Source: Haplodiscus bocki (lineage: Eukaryota). From it: a stretch of DNA of 64,000 bases. The stretch lies in assembly GCA_965655095.1 (NCBI GenBank), contig OZ296656.1, forward strand, positions 82,894,001-82,958,000. The letters run 5' to 3'. The position numbers were made by a program, and so were the translations under genes. Below the pieces are notes generated by a model, which was not told the origin of the DNA, searched no databases, and saw only the letters and a program-made list of their open reading frames with translations. This document shows positions 40,001-53,340 of the stretch, one piece after another (position 1 is the first letter of the stretch; each line of letters starts with the position of its first letter).

Positions 40001-42257
40001 ATAGGTTTAATATGGCGGATAGCAATCTTACTGTATTAAAAATGATCTCGAAGCATCAAATTTAAGCAAGTGAACTGCATAAAACTAACAAATTCTGATT
40101 TCCAGCATATTTTGTAATTTAAAACGTGAAATGTCTGTGCAATAAAAAATCAATTTAGAAATAAGGTTGTGAAATCTGTAAAAATCTGTGCTAAATATAC
40201 AACTAAATTCGAGCTGAGACATCCAACAATGTCCGTCTCCTAATTGCGGACATATCGAAAACTCTGTTCTAGAAGTATCAGCTGCATTTAAGCTGATACA
40301 TCTAAAAATGTCTGTCATGAGTGATGGGTCGGGACCTCTAGAAAAACACGGATTCATGGGAAGTATTGGCGTGTTTAAAAACATAATTTGCATGTGCTCT
40401 TGTCCATCCTTTTCGATGGGTGGGATGAGAACTGATGCTTATATGCGTTATTCATCGCCTTCCGTCCTTCAGGAACTTCCGTCCTTTATGTTTTTGTTTA
40501 AAGTCGCTCAAACCACAAAACCTTTTTGTTAAGATCGTGCTACAATGATAGCTTTATACATATAAAACATAAGTAGTTTTAAATGCATGCTGATAACTCA
40601 TTGACTCTGAAAAACTTCACAGTTAGAAAGTGTATAACCATTCAACCGTGAGATTTCATCTTCGGTATAGATTCCCTGTGACGTAAACACTGCACTTGAC
40701 AAAAGTGCGTTTTATTCTTGCAAATAATGCGCAAATCTGGAGCCTTACAGTAATATGAGGGCTTCTCGAAAGGTTTTTTAATAAGCATTTATGAAATTTT
40801 TGGATAAATTTTGACAATGTTCACTACCGAAACATCCAAAAGAACAGTTCCGAAACTCTGTAGTCGAACTGCTGCATCACTCTTGATATTCTCCACCCTT
40901 AATTCTTATATGGAAGGAAAATCTTTCACTCAACATTCAGGTTATTTTTTCATGTCATTTTCCAATTGCACGACAAGCAAATGGCCCGATCAAAATCAGT
41001 TGCAGCACCAAACTGTTCCAAATGTGCTACAGAATGCGTTTTATATAGTAGTCTTTCCTGAAAAACCGTTTTCTCTCAAAAAAAATTGAAAAAATCCTAA
41101 TTTCCAAGTTTCAAGGCATTTTTTGGACAATTTTGTCGACATTTTCCAGCTTTCTCATCATCACTTAAAACTTCCAACTTTTGCACGTTCATGACTATTT
41201 TGGAAGGCGCAAAATATCCCGAAATGCGCCAAGCTTCCTGTCCCGATTTCACTGAGTGCTTTCGCATATTCCTATGAACTCTGCGGTAATCTTTTTATGG
41301 TTATGCTACATCGCGTCACAGTGTGTTGATAGAGCAAAGATGCACCATGCTTCTACTATACGTGAGAACGCTTGGGAATACGAGACTTAAATTTCTTGGA
41401 ATTCATTGTAAGTGTTTGAAATGCGAAGAGTTCTTTTCAGAAAATAGATCTTTTGTATTTAGAGCTGTTGTATTATTTCAAAAGAACCCCTGAAGAATTG
41501 CGAAATAATTGGTGAACATTGCTCATATATCAAACGCTATTCTCTTTCTATTCAGAAAAGAAAATTTGTTGAAATCTTAGTTCATATTTAATATCAATAC
41601 AGATGCACCCACAAGAAAATGGCATGATGTTTTTATAATGACTTATAAGCAGGAGCCTGATTTAAATTTTAGCATCTTAAAGACCTTATACTTACTATAA
41701 TGCAATTTCAGACTCAAAATATCTATTCTCGAGAAATTTCTTTTATTTTAGCACCTAAAATGGTCAGACCTAGCCTCATTTCCGACTTTTTCAAAAATCG
41801 CAGAAGAAATTAATTTAGAGAATTCTATCAAACACTCTTTCCAAAACACTCTTCTGAAATTTAACACGAAAAAATTAAAAATTTAAACCGAGAAAATGGA
41901 AAATACTTTTCCCATATTTTCGGCGCAAAAAGCAAAAATAGGTTTCAGAAAATTGTTCTCTGGGAACATTTTCCTTTTTTTGAAAGGTCTCCAAGTAAAA
42001 TTAGACGATTAAAACCACTTATTTTAACTATTTTGACTAGTAAAATGGCTGATTTAGCATATGAGATAGCAAATATGAACTCTTTCTATTTCACCTAAAA
42101 TCCGCCCCTGCTTATAAAGCCCATCTGTTTGTGTGGATTGCCAAGATTTAAAAATTTATAGTTTTCTATAAGCCCCAGTTCAATTTAATCTCAGTGCTGC
42201 ATTAAATTATTCCAGTTTTTCCCCGCGTTTCTTTTTTTCCTTTGAACCTCTTTTCGT

Positions 42258-42542
42258 CTACTTCCCTAACTCCTTTTGCTTCAAAACCCGGCGAAGAATT
42301 TTCCCGCTGGCCGATTTCGGAATTTCTGCAATGAACTCAACCCCACCGGTCAGCCTTTTATAGGGGGCCACTTTCTCGGCTATAAACTTCTGGATCTCCA
42401 GGGCACTGGAGACCTGGCCGGGTTTGAGGACCACATACGCCTTGGGAATCTCGCCGGCTCTATCGTCAGGTCTTCCCACAACTGCACAATCCTGGATGGC
42501 CGGGTGGGTCAGTAGAAGACTTTCCAGTTGGGCTGGGGGTAC
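42258..42542 (-). CDS. 4CL-like acyl-CoA synthetase, last exon
   Basis: VPPAQLESLLLTHPAIQDCAVVG...GEIPKAYVV...IPKSASGKILRR...ELGK stop; acceptor ttttcAG. Confidence 0.95.
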   Translation of the reverse strand, partial: VPPAQLESLLLTHPAIQDCAVVGRPDDRAGEIPKAYVVLKPGQVSSALEIQKFIAEKVAPYKRLTGGVEFIAEIPKSASGKILRRVLKQKELGK

Positions 42543-44977
42543 CTGAAAAAGGAATCGAAGCATAAATGAGTCATAGTTTGATCATCTTCGGTAGATCCTC
42601 AGTTGAAGTTTCAAAAAAATTTTCAGGGCCCATTTTAAGGGTATATTACGGTGACTTTAGCAAACTTAATCAATACGCGAAACGCCAATACCAAAAATTT
42701 TTGTAATACCCCCACATTTCTCAAAAAAACGCGAATATCCAATATTTTTGCAATACCCTCTTGCATGATGCAAAATTCTGACGATATACATGCCGAAAAT
42801 TTTCGTGATACCCCTTTTGAAAAACCAAAAACTCCAGAAGGCAGATACCAATTTTTCTCAACTTCTTAGTCTTCGAGGTAGTTTGTAAGGTTCCAAAAAT
42901 CCCTTTGAGAATATAAATGGCAAAAAAACCCTGATGCTGCTCTTGAAACTTTTTCGAAAATGAAAAGTTTTTCAAACATCAAAAGCTCCGTCCTGCGATT
43001 ATTTTGAGTCATGCGGGTGGCACCCTTTTTGCAACACCTTTAATGTTTTACGATTTTGTTTAGCGATTATACGTTCTCTCAGAACATTGAAAAATTGCCA
43101 CCCTGGTTGGAATCTGAGTAATCGTGACTGTTGATCAGCACTGGAAAATTTAAGGTTCCGAGAATGCGCTCTGTTGAGTACTGACAACCTTCGGGACTTC
43201 AGTGTAGGAAACACCTGGGTAAGTCAGCACGACACCAAAATAGAAAGACGTTTTCTCTAATCCCAAGAGTAATTTGAATGACAAAATCCAATTTTTTCAT
43301 AGATGCAGATCATTTTGCAAGGAACAACTGCGAGTTGCCTGTTTGGAATCGATTTATTTACAATCAAAAATTGTACCTGAATTTTTTAGAATCGAAAACC
43401 GTGGTATCGATTACTATTAAGAAAACTGCGAAATTTAATTTGAGATGAAAAACGTCTCTTATTGATTGTTTAAAGACAGTGTCAATTAGTTTTGAGTTCA
43501 ATAAGAATTAATTTAATTAATTTGTGACAAAAACCAGTCTACACATACAGAGCCAAAGTCTGTGCGTCTCCCAAGACTTTGAATAATTGTAGGGGTTTAC
43601 GTCATTTTCAACCGAGTAGATACATTAAAAATTTTCCAAATGGTTATGAACATTTTTGAGCACAAGCTAATTTTTAATAACTTTTTTCACTACCGATAAA
43701 ATTTTTGAAAAAAAAAATAAAAAAGTTGCCAGTTTTGAAAAAAATTGAAAAAAAGTCGATCCTGAAAAAAATCGCGCTGATTTTCGATTCAAAATAGTTT
43801 TCAAAACTGTTCATTTTCAAATACTTAGGCGCTATATGTAGCATTCTCACACTAGCAATCGTCTTGAAAGGAAACTCTAGTATCACTATACAAACAACTG
43901 TTCAGTTCCCAAAACTCATTAGTCCTCCATTTCTAAGTTGCCAGACTTCTATCCAAAAAATTACAACAACAAATTGACTTGTCAAAAATTAAAATTTTGT
44001 AAAAAACAAATCAGAACATTGCTTACTTCAAAATGCAAAACTATGGAGGTTCTACCGACAGACCTCAAAGTAGCTAAAATGACAATATCCCTAATCGACA
44101 ATGCATGTATATTTTGTATGAGTTTTTATGTTACCAAAGACATTTTGAAAGATTTTTAATGATAGTTTCAAAACTTTTCATGCCTAATTTTACTGTAGCG
44201 TTGCTATTTTACAAATTTCTTCGATGAATCTTGCAAAATTTGGCGGGGTTTTATAAGTTTCATGTAAAATTTGAATGACAACAAATCATTGAAACTTTCC
44301 AAGATTTAAGACGCAACTCAAATTATTTTATATGTAGCAGACACTTTTCCAACTTTGCAGCGTTTTTCAGCTGAAGTAGTTAAAGTTGAGTTGATATTAT
44401 TCTAGTGAGCGTCACTTCTGAACAAACAATAGATCTACGGCCAAGGAGTCAACGATATAATATGTATTACGAGCAAGCGTGAATAAGGAATGATGGAGTC
44501 AAAGCACAGTCAAAGTATTTTATTTTTCAACGCATATCTCGGAAACCTAAACATTCTTTAGAGGCAGCACTGAAAACTTTCAAAGTACATGTATGCTAAA
44601 CGTATGAGTTTTCTGTGTTTCATAAATTATTTTCGTGTAAACATTAATGCAGCATGCATAATATTCATGTAGGTTCAACTTGGGATACTGAGTCAACAGT
44701 TGTCACTCCAAACAGCAACTAATTTAGCTTTTTCAACAAAAAAAATCACTATTTTTTCGAACCAATATTTTGATGAATGACACATCGAGCGTTTTTTTTT
44801 AATCTTGCTACGCTTCCCTTGATTGTGCATGACCATGGTTGTGCATGACCAAAATGGATGGAAAATTAACGGAGAGTTGCAATGCTTTTGCATGATCGTA
44901 CCAGTCATGCCACGATCTTGCAAAAATAATGGCAACATCTTGAAGCCATGATCTTTTTTACTGGGACAAACACTTAC

Positions 44978-45133
44978 CTGGAATCCCTTGCACTTGATGA
45001 GTTCCTTCAGACGATCAGTGATAAACAGGTGATGATCTTCATCGAAATGGCCGATATCACCCGTATGCAGCCAACCATCGGCCGATATTGTCTCCTCTGT
45101 TGCTTTGCTGTTGTTCAAGTACCCTTTCATCAC
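44978..45133 (-). CDS. 4CL-like acyl-CoA synthetase exon
   Basis: VMKGYLNN...GWLHTGDIG...[13 protein letters not shown]; acceptor accAG, donor GTAAGT; 156 bp, phase 0-0. Confidence 0.95.
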
Positions 45134-46665
45134 CTGGTGGAAGAAAACACGTCTGAAAGCTGAGCAGTTTATTAAATTGTAATAAAAGTATGAATAAAAC
45201 TAGTCAAAGTTCAGGCAACAATACCAGAAAAAAAACTAAAAGCAAGCCGGGAACCGCCCAAAGCAGCGCAGCCCCTAAGGCTCAAAATATCCATGGGGCC
45301 CTTTTTTCTGGCAAATTGGGACTCTTCCGGCAATTTTTTTTGTATAATTACGTTTTTTTCTCTGAAACATTTTTCTCACGTTACCAAAAACATTCGTAGA
45401 GATCCTTTGGTACAATCTACACTTCCTGAGGAAGAAGTCAATAGTTCAAAAGTTTTGAGCAAATATTTCATCAACATTATGGTAAGTGTGAAGAGGACTT
45501 TGAAAAGTTTAAAACGGAGGATTTCTTCCGCCTGCTGTCTTCCAAATTTGATGAAAATTTTATAAAATTCTGTGAATGCACTGAACTGTTTGAACAAAAT
45601 CGTCGTCTACGGCTTTGAAAAAAAAACAAAATTCATTGTAATAGTCTGGAGCTTTTCTGATAAAAAGCACTGACTAAAATACGCCTTTAAAAAAGGAAGA
45701 GCACCTATGAAATTTTAAAACATCTTCGGTTTAATCAGAAATGTCCATCCAAAATCAGAGGAGTTTTGGATGGAGAATTACTGTGAATTCCGGCAAATAA
45801 ATCGGTCAGTTTTGACACAACTAATTTTAAGCAAGTTTTAGATTCCAGCTTATATGCAGATGCAGTTAGCTTTACTTGTTTCCCCAAAAATTTTTCGGAG
45901 TAGACTTCAGGATAAAGCATAGAACAAAATTTTAATAAGGCATGTCATGAAAAAAAATAAAAAATTCGGAAGATCTTTCATATAACATTCAGCAAGCCCG
46001 GAATGATTAAGTCGGCTCTACCCGTAAGGTTAAAAAATATCAGAAGGGTATCAAAAAAGTTAGGGCAAAATAAATGGAAAAAAAATGATGCTTTTTCCCA
46101 AAAAAAATGCACTATCCTAGTTTTGAACCCGTATTTATGGCTTAAAAGTGTTTTGTCCTACCCTCTAGAGTACCGGTCATTTTCATTTAATTACAAAATT
46201 TTAAACATTTGGACCTTTTAGCAGTGAAAAAGACGAGTCCCTGAGTTGAAAAATAAATTGATTTTAACGAAATTTCAGTATGATATTCAATGATGGTCGG
46301 CTTGTTGAATGCCATTATATTAGGACGTTAATCTAAGTTTAGATACTCCAACTTTTAGTCTGCACTTTTTTGTTACTTAGGTTAATCGTCGATTGGAAAT
46401 GCAGGACGCTGTTGTTCCTTGTGTCTGTTTTCAGCTGATTAGGGGAAAGTCGAAGTTTCCAGCTCGAAAACGCATTAATATACGACGGAGAAAATGGTCC
46501 TGTACACCAGCGTTAAAAATTGACTGTACTTTTCTACTATCAGGGTTGAAACTACCACCGCTATTTTTCCGGTTAAAACCCGCTTCTTTCTATGGTTATT
46601 TTTGACCGCCGTTATCACTTTTACAATAGAACAATTTCAGCCAAAATTTTGACTCGGGTACATAC

Positions 46666-46841
46666 TTGCGGTCCTCTAACACAAACTTCGCCATCTTGTC
46701 CGACCGGGAGCGACTTTCCACTTTCAGTGTCGACAATTTTGCACTCGGTGTTGGGCAGCACCATCCCTCCTGACCCATGTTTCATCTGTCCCTCCTTAGA
46801 AGGAAAATGCGAGGTAGGACTCAGCTCAGTCATGCCGTAAC
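46666..46841 (-). CDS. 4CL-like acyl-CoA synthetase exon
   Basis: GYGMTELSP...GEVCVRGPQ; acceptor tttAG, donor GTATGT. Confidence 0.95.
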
Positions 46842-48094
46842 CTAAACAGTTACGAGGTTTAATGAATTGATCAAAAAATTGAAAAACTTGAAATGTAAGG
46901 TTGACCCCCTTTAGTACATGAGAGTTTATGGTTTTCTTTTTCATGAATTAAATCATCCAACATGGAAAGTTTTCCGGCAAAACTTTGTACAACCAATCGG
47001 CTCATGTCTTGTCCAGATTAGACATCCAAGTTGACTACTCATGGCAGCTCTCGCAAAATCATCCATGATCATGGATATCGCCTGGATGAAGATGCACCAA
47101 CATTAATAATCACGAATGAGCCATGATGTCAATTGAATCATGGATATTTGCACACGAAAACATATGCTCATCATGGATCTCAATTCATACGTCAAAAATT
47201 CGTCCACGTTGATTAAAAATTTCGGGAAAAAATGATTGTTTTTCATCCATGAATCATCCATGATACATCCATGAATCTCAAAGTTTTGCAACAAATTTTG
47301 ATAACGTAATTAACAGGATTCTATGTTCTGGAAATGCTCATTGAAATTAAATAAACTATCCTTAATTTTTAATTATAGCATCTAAGACATGAACGGCATC
47401 CAGCAATTTTTAAAACCGTACTTCGACGAAAAGTACAAGACATTTTGCGCGCGGGGGGGGGGGGTGGTAAAAATCATTTGCGCACCAAAGTTTTTATGTC
47501 AGTTATGTCATATCCGTGAGTGTGTTGCATCAGTCTCATCCACGAATTAATTCATAATAAGATATGATTATCCATGAGACTTTGTACAATATGGATATAG
47601 AATATAATGATCTATGACGCGGCAATCCATGAGTCATGAGTGAATCATGGATAGCAATCAATGATTTGTCAACGTGGCATAAGCATACATTAAAGTATGG
47701 TTGTTGTTAGTCCTAGAAGATGGTACCCTGGATCGAGGGCACGAAATGCTCCAGATCAGCGCAAATACGCCGTCGGCAAACGACAATCATGCCTTCATAA
47801 ACTTTCGGACTGAGCTGTGACTGAAACAATATTTTAAAAAGTTTTGACTCGTTTCACACTGCATTTTGTCTCTTGTAAAAATCCACCGACATCAGCTTCG
47901 ATCATCATTTAGTTGAGTAGAGTATTGGAACTATCCGTCTAGATTACGTCAAAAATTTCAATCATGGTCGCTTCGTTGAAATTACTTGTGTTTATATGTT
48001 TACCTAAGTTTAGATTTTCCAATCTTTCAAAGAAATTAGAAGACTTTGCAACTAGAAAGCTTTTCGGACAATTTAATGTCAGGAAGAAAGTTAC

Positions 48095-48309
48095 TGTTCT
48101 ATTCTGGTTCTCTCGGTTAAAAAAAAATTTAAAAAAAGATGTATCAAATAACAACTATTCCTTGGTATGGTTAATTTTGTATAACTTTTCATTGATGATT
48201 TGAGTTTAAAGTAATGTATTTTTTACTAATATGTATCAACAATTGTCTAAATATAGATTCTACTCCGGTACGGTTATGTAACCGAATGTACGCTTGTCAC
48301 CGTATAACA
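48095..48309 (-). repeat. 3' LTR (215 bp)
   Basis: Same termini as 52034-52234, with an extra A-rich insertion of about 14 bp. Confidence 0.93.
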
Positions 48310-48322
48310 TTCCCCTCCTTCT
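48310..48322 (-). promoter_or_regulatory. Polypurine tract
   Basis: AGAAGGAGGGGAA on the - strand abutting the 3' LTR. Confidence 0.85.
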
Positions 48323-49049
48323 ATCCGCTATTTTTTTCGTATTATCCATCATTGTCATTCGGGTCGCAAGCAGATTCGATTTCCTCCGTTGTCATTAGTC
48401 TCGGCTTCGGTGCTTTTTCTCGGGTGGGTCCTGTTAAAAAACTAAATGTTATTTTAATGTTAGAAATACGGTACACTACTCAACCGTTCCTGTGGTTCAT
48501 ATACTCCATTTGATCTGCGCAAGTTAATTTTACCGTTCCTACCCCGTGTCTCATCGTTGTTGTTGATTTTGTCTTTTTCCGATATATTCAGTAACAGCGC
48601 TGAGGTCGGCTTGTTACTCTCGGCCATCTCCTTATCAACGTCAACATCTACCGGTTTGCCTTCGGATCGGTCGAAGCACTCAAAATCACTGTCTTCGTCC
48701 TCCGAGGCCACTTTCCGTGCTTTCGGTTGGGACTCGGAGAACATTCCCTCTTCAATTAGTCGAGATCTCGGTTCTTCTTTGTATTTCTCTTCAAATGATT
48801 TTATCTGGTTCCGTTTCTCAAAAATGTGTATGGGTATTATAAATTCTCACTAACTGGTTTGGCCGGCCTTCTTTTTGGTGATTGGTGTGACGAGCAACAT
48901 GCAGTTTTCCTCTTCCTGGCCATAATCAAATGATTTGTCACCTCTCTTTTTTCGTTTCGGGCCACATATAATGGTATCTGTTTCGGCGGCACTCAAAAGT
49001 TCAACGTTCTCCAGTCGGATAGGTAGCTCTTGTTTCCTTTGATTATGTT

Positions 49050-49982
49050 TGTTAGTTCGGTTCTCGGTTTTGTCCCGTGATGCAGTTCGAATGGGCTCAT
49101 CATTATAAGTCCGGTATGTATTGTAAGACGCATCACTCTGTGCTCGGTTTTTGCTTTCTGTTAGCTCGATCTTTGCTTCTTGATTGGCAATAATTAATTT
49201 TTTCTAGCGTTGGTTGGGCATTCAACCGGCCCTGTACCAGTAAGCAGTCTCGGTGGGGTATTTTTTATTTCCATATTCCGATTTTTACAGAACATTTCAA
49301 CTTCTCTTGATATGAACGCCTTTCCCCTATCGGACTTTATTTTTTCAGGGACACCGTAAAAGTTTATGAAGTTTTCGAAAAAATTCATGACTTCTTTTGT
49401 TTCGGTTGATTTTTTCATATCCAAACTGCGGGCCATTTAATATATCGACCGATGTTTGGTTCCCCGGTTACTTGTTTGTTATGTAACTTGCCGAAAAAAA
49501 TTGATTTGTATCTTTTGTCCGGGTTCGCTCAATGCCGGTAGTCTGATTTTTTCCCTAAATGGTGTTTAGTACTTTACATTCTTACCGGAACTCATGCATG
49601 CGGTGAATGTGCTGCACTTGCTTTTTTTGTCTTTCTTCATCCCGGACCACCGGAATATACTATTTTCTGCAAGCATCTTTGTGGATCCAGGGTGTCCAAA
49701 ATTTAGTGCATCCACCAATGGTCTTTTCAGTTCGCCAGAAATCACAACTGTGTCCCCGGTGAATACCAAACCGAACTTTTCGGTTATTTCGCTCAAAATC
49801 AGAGATAATTCTTCGGGAGTTCTATCTTTTTGTTTGTTGCGGACACATAGTTTCAGTTGTAAGAATTTCGGATCAACCGAAGATTTGTGTATCAGAGTTT
49901 TTAACTCAATCTTGAAATTAAACTCGGCTTTCTTAAAGTTTTCCTCAGCTTCTGCGATTTTTGTTTTTGGTTTGTCGATCAC
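49050..49982 (-). pseudogene. pol: Gypsy integrase (H2C2 zinc-binding plus rve core), frameshifted
   Basis: LNFGHPGSTKM...WSGMKKD...CSTFTAC; YGVPEKIKSDRGKAFIS...FC...TGPVE. Confidence 0.88.
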
Positions 49983-50269
49983 ATGATTAGTTTGAGTATA
50001 ATGGATTGTCCTTCGGCGATATCGTCGTTTTTGAGGTCGACTATTGGGACGTTCGACGAAGAGTTTGCCACCTCAATTTCTTCGGTGCTCGAGACTGGTT
50101 CGGGTTCAGTCGTGCTTTGTTCCCCTGTACTTGACTTTTTTTTACTAGAACTGGGTTTCGGTTCATTAAACTCAAAGTAACCTCCGCCCCACAGGTTCTT
50201 TTATTTGTTCCGGATAAGAAGTTCGAGGTCAATTGCAGCCACCTCATCCTTTCTTCGTTGACAATTATC

Positions 50270-51030
50270 CTTATTGATCTTCTTTCGACATCCGTAGTGG
50301 TTCGCTACGTGGCCGTGTTATTTCAGTAGATTTTTTGATTTGATAATTCCTCCATGCTTGGCATATATGCTCCCATTTATATGCAGCTATCGTTTAATTT
50401 TCTTGAGTCTAACGCAACATCAACTGATTTTTCCCTTTTCACGGTGATTCCTACCGGAGTGACAAAACAGTCCTCGTCTACTTTTTGTACTTTCTCTAAA
50501 TGTCCCGATTTAATTAAGTTGTCATAGTCCCCCTAGACATAATATTGTAAATGATTTGGTATTGGTCTATCTTTCTCTTTTATTGGTAGATGACCCAGCT
50601 TTATTTCTATTTTATATTCTCGGTATCTTTAATTGTTCGGTTCAACTTGAATAGCTTATCAAATTGTGTAATACTTTTTGCCTCTTTTTGGTTGGTCGGT
50701 TAGTGTTGTCGTCTCTTCAACATGTCGTATAGTCCAATTAAATTCTCGTAGCCAATCCCTACCGAGTAATGGCTTGATACCTTTTCGCTTTTCGTTCGGT
50801 AATGAGCATGGATAGATTCTTTCTATTTCCTTTACTCTCGGCTTCTACGGTAACCTTTCCGATGAATTTAACTTCGTTTTTGTTAACGTCCTGACTTTTC
50901 TCGTTACCTTTAAGTTAATATTTCTATGTCTTTGATTGTTTCTTTGTTCAGTGGTATTATTGTGACCGGTGATCCGGTGTTGACGAGGAACCGTCAATTG
51001 TTATTATCATAGTATTATGATTTTTTCGGT
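50270..51030 (-). pseudogene. pol: Aspartic protease and truncated RT N-terminus
   Basis: FLVNTGSPVTII (from DTGS); LLGRDWL; EDCFVTPV...ITRPRSEPLRMSK, after which RT homology stops. Confidence 0.75.
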
Positions 51031-51051
51031 CGGTTACTTGTTTTATTTTGG

Positions 51052-51960
51052 TTATTTTTTTGGCCTGTCGGTAACGCTTTCATCGGTCTCTGCAGTTTCC
51101 CTCAGTTCTTTAATTTCTTGTCGTTTTTGTTGTTCAAGTCTGCATGCTTTCGCGGAGTGGCCTTTCTTTTTACATTTGTGGCATAATACATCGCGGGCTG
51201 GGCGTTTGTGATTCGAATTCCAACCTGGGGCGTCATAATGTCTGCAATTTTGGTCTTTGTGTCTCTCTTTTGACCTTGTCCCGTATTGTCCGGTATAAGC
51301 TATTTTATATATAGGCTTCTCTTTGATGTTTTTTTCCCGATTTGATATTAGGGCTTCCGGTATGGTATTATTTTTGTTCTTTCGGACGTATGCGATTTGT
51401 TGTGTTTGTTCGACTACTTTCGGTACATCTAAGTATTTCACTTTCAACAGTTTGTCCCGTAATTTTCTGTCGGTGAATGATTTTATGATTTTTGATATAA
51501 GTAATTTGGTGCTGAATTCCGGAAAATCGAATTCTTTTTCTTTTTCGAGTAATTTCTCCGAGTGGTCTTCCGGTGTTTCCGTGTCTGTTTGTGTTGCCCA
51601 AAAGAAATCTCCTCCTGAGTTATATTTGCTTCTTTTTGGTAGGTAATGTCTGTTATATAGTTTTATTAGTTTGGCTATTTTGATATTGGCTGCCTCGGTT
51701 CGGTGTTCGGATTTTGTTATTTGGTGCGTTGCTTTGGGTCCCAGTGCCCACAGGAGATACTGTGGTATCTTTTCTTCTTTAGTGTTCCATTCGTTGGCTC
51801 CGGTCATTTTTTCTTTTTTAATTAGTGGTCCAATATTGATCTCATATTTACGTTTTGTATATTGTTTAAATCGGTCTAGCCATTGTCGGTAGTTATAAAT
51901 TCTTTTTCCGTCGAGTCACTTCTCGTCCAGGTATGGTAATTTTGTTCGGTCGTCCGTCAT
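51052..51960 (-). pseudogene. gag: Gag with CCHC zinc knuckle
   Basis: CHKCKKKGHSAKAC (CX2CX4HX4C) preceded by a degenerate first knuckle; internal stop near the N-terminus. Confidence 0.85.
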
Positions 51961-52020
51961 GTGTTCTCGGTGTAATAATCAATTTAATAAGTTCCGGTAA
52001 AAGTTGCAGTGGGGAGTTAT

Positions 52021-52033
52021 GCTGACTGCGCCA
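52021..52033 (-). promoter_or_regulatory. Primer-binding site (probably tRNA-Ser)
   Basis: TGGCGCAGTCAGC on the - strand immediately inside the 5' LTR; TGG is complementary to the tRNA CCA. Confidence 0.75.
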
Positions 52034-52234
52034 TGTTCTATTATGGTTCTCTCGGTTAAAACAGATGTATCAGATAACAAATATTTTCTGTATGGTTAAT
52101 TTTGTACAGTAATTCTTTGACGATTCGAGTATAAAATAATGTATTGTTTACTAATATGTATCAACAATTGTCTAAACATAGTTTCTTCTCCGGTACGGTT
52201 ATGTAACAGAATGTACGGTTGTCACCGTATAACA
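52034..52234 (-). repeat. 5' LTR (201 bp)
   Basis: TGTTCTATT...CACCGTATAACA on +, clearly homologous to 48095-48309. Confidence 0.93.
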
Positions 52235-52602
52235 GTTACATAGGCATAGTAACTAAAAGAATTTTGGTAGCCTAAATATTCCGAAGAATTTGAATGATTT
52301 GTTTTAGATCACGGCGTACTCTTTTTTTATCTGTATAATATAAAAGTCAACGCATGATAAGAATAACTAATCTTTCCTAAAGTTGATTTCATATTCGGTA
52401 TGACTATTGAGTAGATTTAAATACCTTTCCTTCTTGTCAATAGCAAAATGGCCTTTTCTTTATAAACTAACTGAACATCACTTCTACCGTCTCATTCCCA
52501 TCATTATGAGAAAAAGTTGCACATATCCGCTCAGTTGACGGAAACAATATCCAACTCACTGAAGTGGTAATTTTTAACCTAAAAGATCCCCATTGACCTA
52601 AC

Positions 52603-52842
52603 CTTGCCGCAAACACTTGACCCCCAATTTAGTGGTGACCTCTTCTGCTTGTTCCTTCCCGAGGGGGGCAGCTCCACTGAAGATCTCCCTCACGCTAGAG
52701 AAGTCGTATTTTGCCACTAAGGGGCTCTTGCATAGAAATAGAATTATTGGAGGCACCAGAGGAAGAACTGTGATCTTGTATTTCTGCACTGCAGCCAAAA
52801 AACTGTTTGGCTCAAATTTCTTCATCGTGATTATTTTGGCAC
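52603..52842 (-). CDS. 4CL-like acyl-CoA synthetase exon
   Basis: GAKIITMKKF...LVPPI...YDFSSVREIFSGAAPLG...RQG; acceptor tttcAG, donor GTTAGG. Confidence 0.95.
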
Positions 52843-53340
52843 CTGAAAGAAAATCCAGTTTTAAAATTTGAACCAGGATTTCGAAATTACAATTTGAGAG
52901 ATTAAAGTATATTACAAGAATTTTTTCCATAAAATGATAAGACTAAAAAATTAATTGTTTTCATGAAATTTTTAAAAAAAAACAGCTATACGACTTAATA
53001 TATGCGCGTATAATCGTCTGACAAGGTTTCACATGAAAATTGTAATGTTAAGAGAACTCCCATCTATTAGCTGTAAATTCGAAGGAGTTGGTTCGAAACA
53101 CTTGAAATACAACAATTTGTTTCATAGGTCTTCATGTGTGCCAAGCTGAGCTATCGAGCGAGCTTGGTTGACAAAAAGTGGGTCAAAACTTTTCCATTTA
53201 TGCTCATTTAGTAATTATAAGGCACTGATCATCTCAATTTAAAATTTAAAACGTAAAATTTTATGATTGTTCTGATTTGCTCGGAATATCCTCCAAAATT
53301 TTTTCACAAAAAGTCTTTTTTGTGCTATGAAGCAACTCAC

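Larger units (their letters stand above)
48095..52234 (-). mobile_element. Ty3/Gypsy LTR retrotransposon (Mag-like), decayed and internally deleted, intronic
   Basis: Direct-repeat LTRs bounded by TG...CA; TSD GTTAC at 48090-48094 and 52235-52239; PBS, PPT, gag, protease and integrase remnants. Confidence 0.93.

Noticed and set aside
26085-42250. Numerous 60-100 aa ORFs as host genes
   Set aside because: F/K/I-rich translations with no recognisable motif or exon chain; consistent with AT-rich repeat-derived intergenic DNA, though small exons cannot be excluded
49594-51892. + strand ORFs 49594-49986, 51323-51646 and 51671-51892
   Set aside because: Antisense shadows of Gypsy integrase and gag
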